A stretch of DNA of 64,000 nucleotides. Source: a virus. Its lineage: Duplodnaviria > Caudoviricetes. Below the pieces are notes generated by a model. That model was not told the DNA's origin, did no database searches, and saw only the letters and a list, made by a program, of their open reading frames with translations. The position numbers and the translations under genes are program-made. The stretch lies in IMG/VR virus record IMGVR_UViG_3300020371_000002. One strand, written 5' to 3'. Shown here one piece after another: positions 1-9,059 of the stretch. Positions within the stretch are counted from its first letter, which is position 1; each line of letters starts with the position of its first letter.

Positions 1-793
1 ATTTCTTAATAGTTGCATTAGACTTCGAAAGAGAATCCGCCTCAATTTGTAGTTCTGTTTCGATTTTTTTCTGATTCTTTACATTTTCTTCCTGAAGTTC
101 TTCAGAAAGTGTGAGCAACTGTGTGATTTTATGTTGTTTCTCTTTGATTTTCTCCTTTCCACGCTTATCAAGATCGGCAATAAACTCCTCTTGCATCTCA
201 ATCTTATCTTCAACCATGTCTTTCTTAAGAGAAAGTTGTTTTACAAGATCATTATTATCCCTAACACGATCTTTCAAGATATTACCCATGCTTGAGAAGA
301 TCTTAATGTCCAACAAGTCCTCCACAATGTCTCTACGATTAGGGGCATTGAGTTGCATGAAGGGAACAAACGTTGCCGATCCCAGAATAACTGTCTGAGT
401 GAAAGACTTATAGTTTAATTTAAGGATATTATCTTCCAAATACTTCTGTTGATCAATTGCATTAGGGAATTGATCCTGCATCTTACCATTTACATGAATC
501 TCAAAGATGTTTGGTTTGATGCCTCTAATAACTTTATATTCTTTACTAAGAATGGAGAACTCAATCTCGACTACAGCATCTCTTTCATTAACTGTATTGA
601 CGAGTTGACTCCTAGAAATCTTACGGAACGCCTTATTATACAAAGCAAAAGTCAGGGCGTCCAAAATTGTGGACTTCCCTGTACCATTATTACCTACAAT
701 CAGATTGGTTTTATTCTGTATCAGATCAATCTCTGTGAAGATATTTCCCGTAGACAAGAAATTCTTCCATCGGATCTTCTCAAATTTAATCAT
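1..793 (-). CDS. g46: Recombination endonuclease ATPase subunit gp46 (SbcC/Rad50-like); N-terminal part, runs off the left edge
   Basis: Manual translation from ATG at 793: MIKFEKIRWKNFLSTGNIFTEIDL..., then a Walker A (NGTGKSTILDAL). Sits downstream of g47. Not in the ORF track because it is truncated. Confidence 0.95.
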   Translation of the reverse strand, partial: MIKFEKIRWKNFLSTGNIFTEIDLIQNKTNLIVGNNGTGKSTILDALTFALYNKAFRKISRSQLVNTVNERDAVVEIEFSILSKEYKVIRGIKPNIFEIHVNGKMQDQFPNAIDQQKYLEDNILKLNYKSFTQTVILGSATFVPFMQLNAPNRRDIVEDLLDIKIFSSMGNILKDRVRDNNDLVKQLSLKKDMVEDKIEMQEEFIADLDKRGKEKIKEKQHKITQLLTLSEELQEENVKNQKKIETELQIEADSLSKSNATIKK

Positions 794-1047
794 ACTTTAG
801 GCGGGATCACACAATCTTCTGACGTGATGATGACGTACTTATAATTATACAACTCACACGTTTTTATTGCAACCTCTGCGTCAACTTCAATGACTTTCAG
901 GGATGCATAGTCATCTGCTTCTAAGAGACCAACAAAACGTTCTGCATCGTCTTCTTCCTCAAAGATGTAGAGGGCTTTATCACCACTCTCATCTTCAACG
1001 GCATATGCACCTTCACCAGTCTGTTCCTGTAAGGCAAGAATGAACAT
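790..1047 (-). CDS. Small acidic conserved hypothetical protein between g47 and g46
   Basis: ORF track 790..1062. ATG at 1047 (MFILALQEQ...) overlaps the g47 stop as TAATG, so it is taken as the start. Stop overlaps the g46 start. Confidence 0.75.
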   Translation of the reverse strand: MFILALQEQTGEGAYAVEDESGDKALYIFEEEDDAERFVGLLEADDYASLKVIEVDAEVAIKTCELYNYKYVIITSEDCVIPPKV

Positions 1048-2090
1048 TAGATCATTTCGCAAGCTTCTGTGTAAACTTCTCTCAGAAGTTTCTTTACTCT
1101 CTCTTTGTCTAGTTCAAAGTCAGAGTCTTCAACATATTTATTGAGAAGTGTAATAGTGTCTTCAATCTTTTCCCCATCAAAATCAACTTCCTCATCATTG
1201 ACAGATAGGTTCTCGATGATCTTTAATTCATGGACATCAGCCTTGAATAGTTTATCGATGAAGTTTTCAAACTGAACGGGATCAGTTTTCTTACGAACGA
1301 TTACCTTTACAATCTTGTTCGTATACTTAGTGGCATTAAACAAAGCAGGATTTGTATCCTCGTAATGAATGACTTCAAAGATTGTGTATGGATTTAAAAC
1401 ATACTCAATTTCAAAAGTTTCCGTATCGAGAATATGAAAACCTCTCTGATCATCTACATCATTCCAATATAGTTGATAAGGATTGCCAAGATAAAAGATG
1501 TGACCGTCACTACTCTTAGTATGATAGTGTCCAGAGAACACATAGTCAAACTTCTCGTAACAATCTTTATCCATGCCATGAGTTTGAACGTTTCCTCTGT
1601 GTAATTTGAATCCGTTCAATTCAAGGTGACCAAAAACAACTTTGGATTTGGTCTTTTCCATTTTCTCTAAAGTTTGTTCCTTGTTATCTGCACAAATCCA
1701 AGGTACAGCAAACCACTTTAGATTACCTGTTTTGTATTCTCCAGGTTCGGAGATGGGAATAATATTTGAATAATCCTCTAGGAGAGATTCAATAGCATTG
1801 ATCTCATTAGAGTTTTTATAATATGCATCATGATTACCAACCAGTTGCCATACTTTGACTCCCATCTGGTTGAGTCGATTATAAAAGTTTTTCTTGGCCC
1901 AATTCAGGGCCCAAAAGTCTACACTTCTCCTGTTATCAAAAGCATCACCCATATGAATGACTGCCTTAATCTCTTGTTCTTCTAAAGTTGGAAAGAATAC
2001 ATCTTCATAAAACCTTTGAAAATAATCATGAAATGTTTTATTACCTCTACGTCCACCAAAGTGCGTGTCCGTAATAATAGCTACCTTCAT
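1047..2090 (-). CDS. g47: Recombination endonuclease nuclease subunit gp47 (Mre11/SbcD-like)
   Basis: Metallophosphoesterase motifs DTHFG, GDAFD, GNHD, GHYH, YLGNPY; adjacent to g46. Confidence 0.96.
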   Translation of the reverse strand: MKVAIITDTHFGGRRGNKTFHDYFQRFYEDVFFPTLEEQEIKAVIHMGDAFDNRRSVDFWALNWAKKNFYNRLNQMGVKVWQLVGNHDAYYKNSNEINAIESLLEDYSNIIPISEPGEYKTGNLKWFAVPWICADNKEQTLEKMEKTKSKVVFGHLELNGFKLHRGNVQTHGMDKDCYEKFDYVFSGHYHTKSSDGHIFYLGNPYQLYWNDVDDQRGFHILDTETFEIEYVLNPYTIFEVIHYEDTNPALFNATKYTNKIVKVIVRKKTDPVQFENFIDKLFKADVHELKIIENLSVNDEEVDFDGEKIEDTITLLNKYVEDSDFELDKERVKKLLREVYTEACEMI

Positions 2091-2797
2091 TTACCAGAAA
2101 AAAGAGGAGTACCTTTAATTGTGGCGCAAATAACTTTGAAAATTGACTGGGTTACAGATCCTTCAAACTCTTCAAACATGTACATGTTAAGTCTGAATGC
2201 ATAGTTAGCTTCCGCAACAATCTGATTCACTGCAGAGACATGTGGGTTCATGCCACCAGAATATTTGGAAATTTGCAAGTTATCAAGAGTCTTACGATAA
2301 CATGTTTTAAACTCCTTGGCATCAGGGATGTCATCAAATTCATAGAAGTTTAAACCTTCTCCCTCTGGTGGATTCAGAGCCTTCTTGGCAATACCCTTTA
2401 GGATTTGTCCTCCAGATAGATCCCCAAGATACCTAGTATAATGATGTCCAATGAGTGACAGTACAGGTGCTTCTTCGATTCTGTGAACGTATTGTTGAGT
2501 CGCAGGAGAAGGACAGATATGTTCTCTCCAAGTGGGACCATAATAATACTTCAGATCTTTTTCTAAAGCCCTTTTCCTGTGAAGTTCGGGAAAATAAAGA
2601 TCACCTAAAACTGGATCGTCTTTCAATTTATCAAATCTCAACTCCATTGCGGAGTAGATGTAATAAAAGTTTCCAAGTAATTTTTTATATTGTTCTTCGT
2701 CAAGAACACCGCGAAGGAAACCAGCAATAAACTTACCGTTTTCTGCTGCGTTGTGGGATTCTTTAGTTCCCTGTTTTAATTCTGTTGAGAGTTGCAT
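2087..2797 (-). CDS. ho1: Heme oxygenase (auxiliary metabolic gene)
   Basis: LKQGTKESHNAAE (heme-ligand His), ELHRKRALEKDLKYYYG, HHYTRYLGDLSGGQIL, EANYAFRLNM match the cyanobacterial Ho1 family. Confidence 0.95.
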   Translation of the reverse strand: MQLSTELKQGTKESHNAAENGKFIAGFLRGVLDEEQYKKLLGNFYYIYSAMELRFDKLKDDPVLGDLYFPELHRKRALEKDLKYYYGPTWREHICPSPATQQYVHRIEEAPVLSLIGHHYTRYLGDLSGGQILKGIAKKALNPPEGEGLNFYEFDDIPDAKEFKTCYRKTLDNLQISKYSGGMNPHVSAVNQIVAEANYAFRLNMYMFEEFEGSVTQSIFKVICATIKGTPLFSGK

Positions 2798-4086
2798 GGA
2801 AGTCCATCATATTTTTCTTCAAAATCCAAGAATCGGATTTGATTGAATCCACAATAAAGAGTCTTGATATCGAAGTAATTAAATCCTCCAATAACACACT
2901 CGTTACTTACTGTGTTTCCAATATTGGGTCGGTTACCTGCTGTGAAATCTTCATGTCTAACCTGCTCTTTCCATTGATAGGGAGTGGTAAGATCATCTGA
3001 TGTTTGAGTATCCAGTTGCATTGCATCAAAGAACTGAGCGTCATCACAAGCAACAACGTGTCTCTTCAAATTGTTCTTTGCAATTGAAGTTACCCTATTC
3101 CAGAAGGGAGTATCGTAAGTAGAACCAAACTGATAATGTAAAGAGAGTGCATATTGATAGTCCAACATTTCCTGACGGAATCTATGGTTTGCACGAACAA
3201 AGGCAGTGTAATCTCTTCTCTCTACAAAATCACAGATGTCTTCAGAAAGAAGTTTGTAATAGTCAAGTGACAGTGCCTGCAGGGGTTCAAGGAAGAACAA
3301 TCTATTACCGTTCAGTGCCTCCCACCTACTTACAACCATTTGTTTGGCGTAACGGGGTTTCCACTTGATTTGTTTGAACTCCTTATCTTCACCATACATT
3401 CTCTTGAGTTCGGCAATAGCCTCCTCGTCTGTCGTCTCGGTATCATTATAAAGATATCCGCAGTGACTTTCCCCACCATTAAGTTCTGGGAAAGGAAGTT
3501 GGAACTGCCATCCATGAGGAGTTGCAAGGTGTACCGTATGATGATACTCCTTCATCTCAGGGATGTGGTGAAGCAAAGCTGCGTTCACTGTAGGCATCAG
3601 GGGTTCGTCATACTGACTATCATCCTCATTCCAGCCACTACAATTCACAACGAAATCATACTGTTTCCCATTAATAATAATATGGGAACCGTCGCCAGCC
3701 TCCTTATATCCATTGTATTTCTCTGGGTGAAAAACGACGCCGCGCTTCTTCTCCAAGAGTTCAATGACATACTCATTCCATCTCTGGTTATCTAAATGGA
3801 AAGCAGTATGGTTACTATTGAATGGGTGAGTAAACTCTCCTCCTTTACCCCAACCAACAAAGTGTACACCGTTCTTATAGGATACAATTCCATCGTCAAC
3901 AAATGTACCGATACACATGCCAAGAACATCTCGCATCAAACACGAGATATGAGGCGTAGTAGATTCACCAACTCTAAGGAATGGCCTTTCTGGATCGTAA
4001 AAATGTTCAGTCTGGTGTCCTCGTCTGAGGAAAATCATGGAACAAACTAATGCACTTGTTCCCTTTCCGATGATAGCGATTTTCAT
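2776..4086 (-). CDS. Tryptophan-halogenase-fold flavoprotein with degenerate halogenase motifs
   Basis: Rossmann IIGKGTSA, VGESTTP, K-G-x-F-x-GW (YKNGVHFVGW), DTPFW. WxWxIP reads WQFQLP and FLEPLESTG reads FLEPLQALS. Confidence 0.8.
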   Translation of the reverse strand: MKIAIIGKGTSALVCSMIFLRRGHQTEHFYDPERPFLRVGESTTPHISCLMRDVLGMCIGTFVDDGIVSYKNGVHFVGWGKGGEFTHPFNSNHTAFHLDNQRWNEYVIELLEKKRGVVFHPEKYNGYKEAGDGSHIIINGKQYDFVVNCSGWNEDDSQYDEPLMPTVNAALLHHIPEMKEYHHTVHLATPHGWQFQLPFPELNGGESHCGYLYNDTETTDEEAIAELKRMYGEDKEFKQIKWKPRYAKQMVVSRWEALNGNRLFFLEPLQALSLDYYKLLSEDICDFVERRDYTAFVRANHRFRQEMLDYQYALSLHYQFGSTYDTPFWNRVTSIAKNNLKRHVVACDDAQFFDAMQLDTQTSDDLTTPYQWKEQVRHEDFTAGNRPNIGNTVSNECVIGGFNYFDIKTLYCGFNQIRFLDFEEKYDGLPCNSQQN

Positions 4087-4625
4087 TGATATAACTTAGA
4101 TTGTACTGCGTCTTTGATAGAATTGTAATCTGCTGAGTTTCCGTAGTCGTCATCTACACTGAATACTTCATCATATCCAGATCTCTCGATAATCTTTGTT
4201 CTAATCTCCATCTGCTTTTTCTCTTTCTGAATACGTCTCAGAAATGCATAATGGATAATCTGTGTAAAATAAGCAAAAGGATTGTTTGACTTTTCAGGGT
4301 CAAAGTTTTTAATATACTGAATACAGTTCTCAATGCCGTCAGACACCATGTCTTCACGGTACATGTAATTTACGAAGTTTGGTTTGTATGCAAGGTGGTT
4401 GCCGATTTTAGAGAAACAACTTCCAAGATACTCATAACATCTATTAAACTTCTTAGCAGTAACGCGATCTCTATGTTCTTTGAAATACTTGATTGATACA
4501 CGATGATTTTCGTGACCCAGTTTTTCACCGTCTTTGAAATAATCACGCAGTTCAATAACTGCGGCCAAAAACTGTTTGTTATTTACATAGTGTTCCGATC
4601 GCTTCCTTGTTGATCTAATTGCCAT
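4083..4625 (-). CDS. g55: Late-transcription sigma factor gp55
   Basis: EHYVNNKQFL, HLAYKPNFVNYMYREDMVSDGIENC, NFDPEKSNNPFAYFTQIIHYAFLRRIQKEKKQ. Start set at ATG 4625 (AAGGAA upstream) rather than the track's 4676. Confidence 0.96.
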   Translation of the reverse strand: MAIRSTRKRSEHYVNNKQFLAAVIELRDYFKDGEKLGHENHRVSIKYFKEHRDRVTAKKFNRCYEYLGSCFSKIGNHLAYKPNFVNYMYREDMVSDGIENCIQYIKNFDPEKSNNPFAYFTQIIHYAFLRRIQKEKKQMEIRTKIIERSGYDEVFSVDDDYGNSADYNSIKDAVQSKLYQ

Positions 4626-4666
4626 GTCATAATTTCCTTTTGCGTGGAACTGATTCCGTTGTATAA

Positions 4667-4695
4667 AGTATATCATAAAACCTTATGCTTGACAA
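4667..4695 (-). promoter_or_regulatory. Host sigma70-type promoter for g55
   Basis: Minus strand TTGTCA (4695-4690), 17 nt, TATACT (4672-4667), with TG-n extended -10; about 40 nt upstream of the g55 ATG. Confidence 0.7.
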
Positions 4696-4717
4696 GGTTC
4701 CGAATACTGTGTACAAT
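4689..4717 (+). promoter_or_regulatory. Sigma70-type promoter on the plus strand, antisense to the upstream genes
   Basis: TTGACA (4689-4694), 17 nt, TACAAT (4712-4717). No plus-strand gene downstream. Confidence 0.6.
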
Positions 4718-4724
4718 AACTCTG

Positions 4725-5141
4725 TCAGAGTTCAGAATCAGTAGAAGCTTTATTATTATATATCTTCTCCAAGAGAAGCCTTGCGTTGGATACCGAATCT
4801 AGGTATCCCATTTTTTTGGTTACTTTAGTTTTACCTTGACCTTTCTGTCTTTGTCTTAGGAACTTTCTGTACGCACGAACCATATCACCGTTGTCATCTG
4901 CTTCTAATACAGTAATGACTTTTTCCATATCAATGACGATCATTGCATCGCCTTGACTTTTAATCCATGGATCAATCTTTACACCTTCAATACCATTAGT
5001 ATTTAAAGAGACGGTCTGCACTTGTACAGGTTCACTAAGCAAAAGAAGAGTACGGCCATTTTCTTGCGTGGGGAGAATCTCTGCGAAAATCTCTTCCCCC
5101 GATACTAGTTTAATTGTTCCGTAGAATTCTTCTTCAAGCAT
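4725..5141 (-). CDS. Conserved hypothetical protein between uvsW and g55
   Basis: 138-aa ORF (FYGTIKLVSGEEIFA...) in the usual cyanomyovirus position; starts 2 nt after the uvsW stop. Confidence 0.8.
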   Translation of the reverse strand: MLEEEFYGTIKLVSGEEIFAEILPTQENGRTLLLLSEPVQVQTVSLNTNGIEGVKIDPWIKSQGDAMIVIDMEKVITVLEADDNGDMVRAYRKFLRQRQKGQGKTKVTKKMGYLDSVSNARLLLEKIYNNKASTDSEL

Positions 5142-5143
5142 AG

Positions 5144-6607
5144 TTACTCTTTGAGTTTTATTTGTGTGAATTCATAATTGAAGTTTTCTTCATTGTAGAT
5201 TTTTACCCTCTCTATGAGGTGATTAAGCGTGTAGTTCTTACGATGCTTAAATGTGATGTCATCTGCGACATCATATAATACTGCCTTTGACTTGTTGTTT
5301 CCTTTCCTCAGGACTCTTCCTATGGACTGCAAGTTTCTAATCCTAGATTTACTTGGAGAGGCGAAAACAACATTGTGTAAATTTCTAATGTTTACGCCTG
5401 TGGAAAAAGTTCCGTATGATGCGATGATAATTGCATTCGATTCTGTGTCTACGATCTCCCGAACTTGTTCTCGTTCGGAAGCATCAACTCCTCCATGGAC
5501 GAAAAATACTCTTCGACCATCTTCAACAGCATTATTTATCAATTCATAAAGCACCTGTCCATGAGTTTCTACTCTGCTGTATAAAATGAGAGTATTGCCT
5601 TTAAGGTGCAATGATAGGTTTTTGATGAAATTGTTTCTCTTGGAATGACTGATTAGATATTGAATTTCATCTTCATAGGTCTCAAATTCTCGCGGGTTGT
5701 GTTTGAGTAAAAGAATTTTGATATCCAGTTTGGATAGATGCCCTCTTTGAATTAGTTCTGATGTCTGTGTGATCTTGTAACTTGGACCAAACAAACCTTC
5801 TAGAACCCACTTGTGAGTTTGAGATCCGTCAAGCGTTCCAGTAAATCCATATCTATATTTGGTATCTCTGAGTTTACTCATGATCCCAACCAGAGATTTG
5901 GATTTGAATTGATGTGCTTCGTCTCCAATGACTACATCATAGTTTGCAAAGAATTTTTTATCTAACTTGTAGATGGATTGCCAAGTTGTAATCGTTACTG
6001 TCCTTGGATCAAACTTCTCTTTACCAGAGTAAATCATATGGCAATAGTTTTCTGCATCCCAACCATAATCAATGAAATCCTTGTACATCTGTTCCACTAG
6101 GGAAGTTGTGGGAACTACAAGAAGAATTTGTTTTTTCTGTTCTGTGAAATATCTAACAATCGAATAGATCATCAAAGATTTGCCTGATGCAGTAGGCGAA
6201 ATCAATAATCTACGATTGTATTTCAATGCATCATAAACTCCATCAATTTGATAATCTCGGGGTTTATGTTTTGAGATACTGGTGATATAATCTTTGACTC
6301 CTTCTTTCGAGATGCCATCATTCTTTTCAAAAGGAGTTCCGTAAAACTTACTGTCTCGGAAACTTACTGTGTAATCTGATTTTTTTGCCCATGAAACAAT
6401 CTTGTCTAAGAGACCGACATAGATCTCTCCCGTAGCAGTAGAGTAAAGACGGATCTTACCGTCCCAATACTTACTACGATATTGAGGCATGAACTTTGCA
6501 CCTGGAACGTCAAACGTAAAATAGTCTGCAAGTTCTTGGTTGATGTATGGTTCAGCTTCAACTGTGAGAAAAACTTCGTTCTTCTTAGTAATAACAAGAT
6601 CAGTCAT
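5144..6607 (-). CDS. uvsW: UvsW RNA-DNA/DNA helicase (SF2)
   Basis: SPTASGKS, DEAH, GFTGT, STGVNI, QSIGRVLR. Start set at ATG 6607 (MTDLVITKKNEV), overlapping the uvsY stop. Confidence 0.96.
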   Translation of the reverse strand: MTDLVITKKNEVFLTVEAEPYINQELADYFTFDVPGAKFMPQYRSKYWDGKIRLYSTATGEIYVGLLDKIVSWAKKSDYTVSFRDSKFYGTPFEKNDGISKEGVKDYITSISKHKPRDYQIDGVYDALKYNRRLLISPTASGKSLMIYSIVRYFTEQKKQILLVVPTTSLVEQMYKDFIDYGWDAENYCHMIYSGKEKFDPRTVTITTWQSIYKLDKKFFANYDVVIGDEAHQFKSKSLVGIMSKLRDTKYRYGFTGTLDGSQTHKWVLEGLFGPSYKITQTSELIQRGHLSKLDIKILLLKHNPREFETYEDEIQYLISHSKRNNFIKNLSLHLKGNTLILYSRVETHGQVLYELINNAVEDGRRVFFVHGGVDASEREQVREIVDTESNAIIIASYGTFSTGVNIRNLHNVVFASPSKSRIRNLQSIGRVLRKGNNKSKAVLYDVADDITFKHRKNYTLNHLIERVKIYNEENFNYEFTQIKLKE

Positions 6608-7034
6608 AACCGCGAATAAACCTCTGCCATTCAATAGAGTTCTTAATCTGATACGTTCGATTAAGAATGGTTTTTAATATACTGTCAAGATAATTGAGCA
6701 TCATTGTGTGATACTCAACCTTTGTTACACATCTGATAAGTTCTTCATCAGCATCAAGATACTTATCTAGATCTGCCTTTAATACTTTGTAGTTAAATGG
6801 GTTTTCTGCGTATACTTCTGGTGCAGATTTACCAGAGTAATATTCCCATTTTTCTTTTCTTAAAATTTTGAATTTGTTTTCCTGTGCCTTCTTAAGAGTT
6901 AGGACGTTGTTGTAGATCCTGTAATATTTGGCGTGGAGAACTGGAATTTTTGTGGATTCTAGATGCAGGTCATCGTTATCAATTTTTGCATCTTCTTCCC
7001 ATAACGATTGGATTTCATCAAGTGTCATCGTCAA
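6600..7034 (-). CDS. uvsY: UvsY recombination mediator
   Basis: LDEIQSLWEEDAKID...STKIPVLHAKY...KWEYYSGK...RTYQIKNSIEW; lies between g3 and uvsW. Confidence 0.92.
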   Translation of the reverse strand: MTMTLDEIQSLWEEDAKIDNDDLHLESTKIPVLHAKYYRIYNNVLTLKKAQENKFKILRKEKWEYYSGKSAPEVYAENPFNYKVLKADLDKYLDADEELIRCVTKVEYHTMMLNYLDSILKTILNRTYQIKNSIEWQRFIRGYD

Positions 7035-7557
7035 TTAAACTTACAATGTCAAAGATCGTATACTTAAATGTAGCTTCCGCCACAATATAATTTATATCAG
7101 TATTTTGAGCGTCAAATTCAATCTGAGTTAGATCTGTAGGGAACATGTCTTTGAAACTGACTCTCGCAATAGCATTCATATTACTATTGAAAATAACAAG
7201 ACCTCCATCAGAAAATGATTCAACTCCCAGTGGAGATGCTTCATCTAGATCTTCTGGAAAACCAAGACTTCTCATCCAATCGTGAATCTCAAGATAGTTC
7301 CTTAAATTTTCATCTACCAAGAATTTGATTGAGAAATCGTTGTACACTAACTTATCGCCAGGTACAGGAATATCTTTCAGATAAGTTGACTGAACTGCAA
7401 CTCCGAGATTAATGGAAGGGATATTGGCAGACTGTGAGAAAAAGTCAACAGTAGGTGCCTTTCTAAGATTGAACTTAAATCCAACGGGGGATAAGAAGTT
7501 TCTATTTCTAAGTTGTCTATCCCAGGCAGTTAATCTACCTTCACCAGTGGTTGCCAT
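7018..7557 (-). CDS. g3: Tail completion / sheath stabiliser gp3
   Basis: NRNFLSPVGFKF, VDFFSQSANIPSINLG, PGDKLVY, FLVDENLRNYLEIHDW, FKDMFPT; follows g23. Confidence 0.9.
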   Translation of the reverse strand: MATTGEGRLTAWDRQLRNRNFLSPVGFKFNLRKAPTVDFFSQSANIPSINLGVAVQSTYLKDIPVPGDKLVYNDFSIKFLVDENLRNYLEIHDWMRSLGFPEDLDEASPLGVESFSDGGLVIFNSNMNAIARVSFKDMFPTDLTQIEFDAQNTDINYIVAEATFKYTIFDIVSLIDDDT

Positions 7558-7575
7558 GGTTATCTCGTTTTTAAG

Positions 7576-7583
7576 TATTTAGA
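7576..7583 (-). promoter_or_regulatory. T4-type late promoter (TCTAAATA) for g3
   Basis: Variant of TATAAATA just upstream of g3 and directly after the g23 terminator. Confidence 0.7.
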
Positions 7584-7584
7584 C

Positions 7585-7612
7585 AAAAAAAAGGACCCTT
7601 GCGGGTCCCTTT
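7585..7612 (-). terminator. Intrinsic terminator after g23
   Basis: Minus strand GGACCC-GCAA-GGGTCC followed by T8. Confidence 0.9.
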
Positions 7613-7635
7613 GAAAGAATCGTGAATCCGATGGA

Positions 7636-9027
7636 TCACATGAGGTTTTGAACCTTGACTCTTCTGTAGTAACGGTTGGTGTTTGCACGAAGGCGACCAA
7701 GACCTTGATCGGTTCCTTCTGCGAATGGGTTCGCTACGATACCGTAACGAGTCTTGAAGCCAATCTTTGGCTGGAAGGTGTCCTGACCAACGGCGCGAAC
7801 CATCTGGAGAGGAACGTAAGGGCAGTAGAACAGACCTGCGTCGTAAGGAGAAGAACCTTTGTAACCGACAACGTAGTATTGATCTGCAGCGTTGTTTGCA
7901 GCAAATGGGTCAATGTAGACCTTGAACTTACCAGCAAGTGTACCAGCGAAGGTGTTGCCAGTGTCATCAACGTTGAGGTTAGCGTTGAGTGCAGGAGTGT
8001 AGTCGAGGAGACCAGCCATTGTGAGTGCGGAAGCAACGTCTGCGGAACACAGAATTGTGTTGCCCTTCCCTCTACGAGTTCTTTGTGCAATCTGGTTCGC
8101 ATCTCTTTCGATCTGGAACAGAAGACCCTTGAACTTCTCAACAGACCAACGACCGTTGGAGTCAACGTCGAGGTCGAATGCACCTGCGGTAGCAGTGTTG
8201 AGTGTTGCACCCTGCTCAGCAATCTTGTAGATAGTTCTGATAACTTCGCGGTTGATCTCAGCAAGAATCTCAGTAGAGAGAATGTTTGCGAGTTCCGCTT
8301 CAGCGTTCAGACCGTGGATTGCCTTCAGGTCTTGTGCAAGCTCAAGGCTGTACTCAGCTTTCAGCGCTCTGGACTTTGCAGTCACAGTGACTTTCTCGAT
8401 CGAGAATGCCATTTCCTGGAAGTGGTTGTTAGCACCATCTCCAAGTGCCTCAGCCTCTCCAGTTGCCATACCCTGACCTACGTTGTAGGCAGAAGTTGTT
8501 GCGGATCCAACTGGGTTAAGAACTGCAGGGTTGGAACCAGACTGAGAGTCTGTACCGAAACCAGCAGCTACGTCGGTCATACCAGCAGTCAGGGACTGAT
8601 CGTCGTCCTGACCAGAGAATGCAGTATCAGGCTCATTGAACAGTGCCTCAGTACCACTCTGGTTGGTGTAGCGAGAACGCATCGCGAAGATGAGTCCAGT
8701 AGGTCCAGACATTGGCTGAACACCTGCGAGGTCATAAGCGACCAGGTTAGGCATTGCACGTCTGATCAGGGAGATCAGAACTGGGTCGAAACCAGCAACA
8801 GGACCACCTGCTGCAGAACCACCAGAGAAACCACCAGTACCAGCGGAGTTGGTTGGGGATGCTTCACCGAGGAACTCAGCGTTCTCGCGGAGCATTTGCT
8901 CTTGGTTCTCAAGCAGAGCAGCAGTTACGTTGCGTCTGTGGGAGTCTTGAATTTTGTCGATACCATCTGCATCGAGCAGTGGAGCCCACTTTTCAGTGAG
9001 TTGGTTATAATTGATTTGTTGTTGCAT
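7636..9027 (-). CDS. g23: Major capsid protein gp23
   Basis: FDPVLISLIRRAMPNLVAYDLAGVQPMSGPTGLIFAMRSRY, KSRALKAEYSLELAQDLKAIHGL, FQPKIGFKTRYG. Confidence 0.99.
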   Translation of the reverse strand: MQQQINYNQLTEKWAPLLDADGIDKIQDSHRRNVTAALLENQEQMLRENAEFLGEASPTNSAGTGGFSGGSAAGGPVAGFDPVLISLIRRAMPNLVAYDLAGVQPMSGPTGLIFAMRSRYTNQSGTEALFNEPDTAFSGQDDDQSLTAGMTDVAAGFGTDSQSGSNPAVLNPVGSATTSAYNVGQGMATGEAEALGDGANNHFQEMAFSIEKVTVTAKSRALKAEYSLELAQDLKAIHGLNAEAELANILSTEILAEINREVIRTIYKIAEQGATLNTATAGAFDLDVDSNGRWSVEKFKGLLFQIERDANQIAQRTRRGKGNTILCSADVASALTMAGLLDYTPALNANLNVDDTGNTFAGTLAGKFKVYIDPFAANNAADQYYVVGYKGSSPYDAGLFYCPYVPLQMVRAVGQDTFQPKIGFKTRYGIVANPFAEGTDQGLGRLRANTNRYYRRVKVQNLM

Positions 9028-9059
9028 TGTAGCTTACCTTGTGTTTTAGTTTAAAAAAA

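Noticed and set aside
2087-2797. Phage heme oxygenase as a novelty
   Set aside because: ho1 is an established cyanophage auxiliary gene; only its local coupling is reported.
7648-9054. 468-aa plus-strand ORF antisense to g23
   Set aside because: Exact mirror frame of a highly biased gene; Cys/Ser/Val-rich nonsense composition typical of antisense shadow ORFs.
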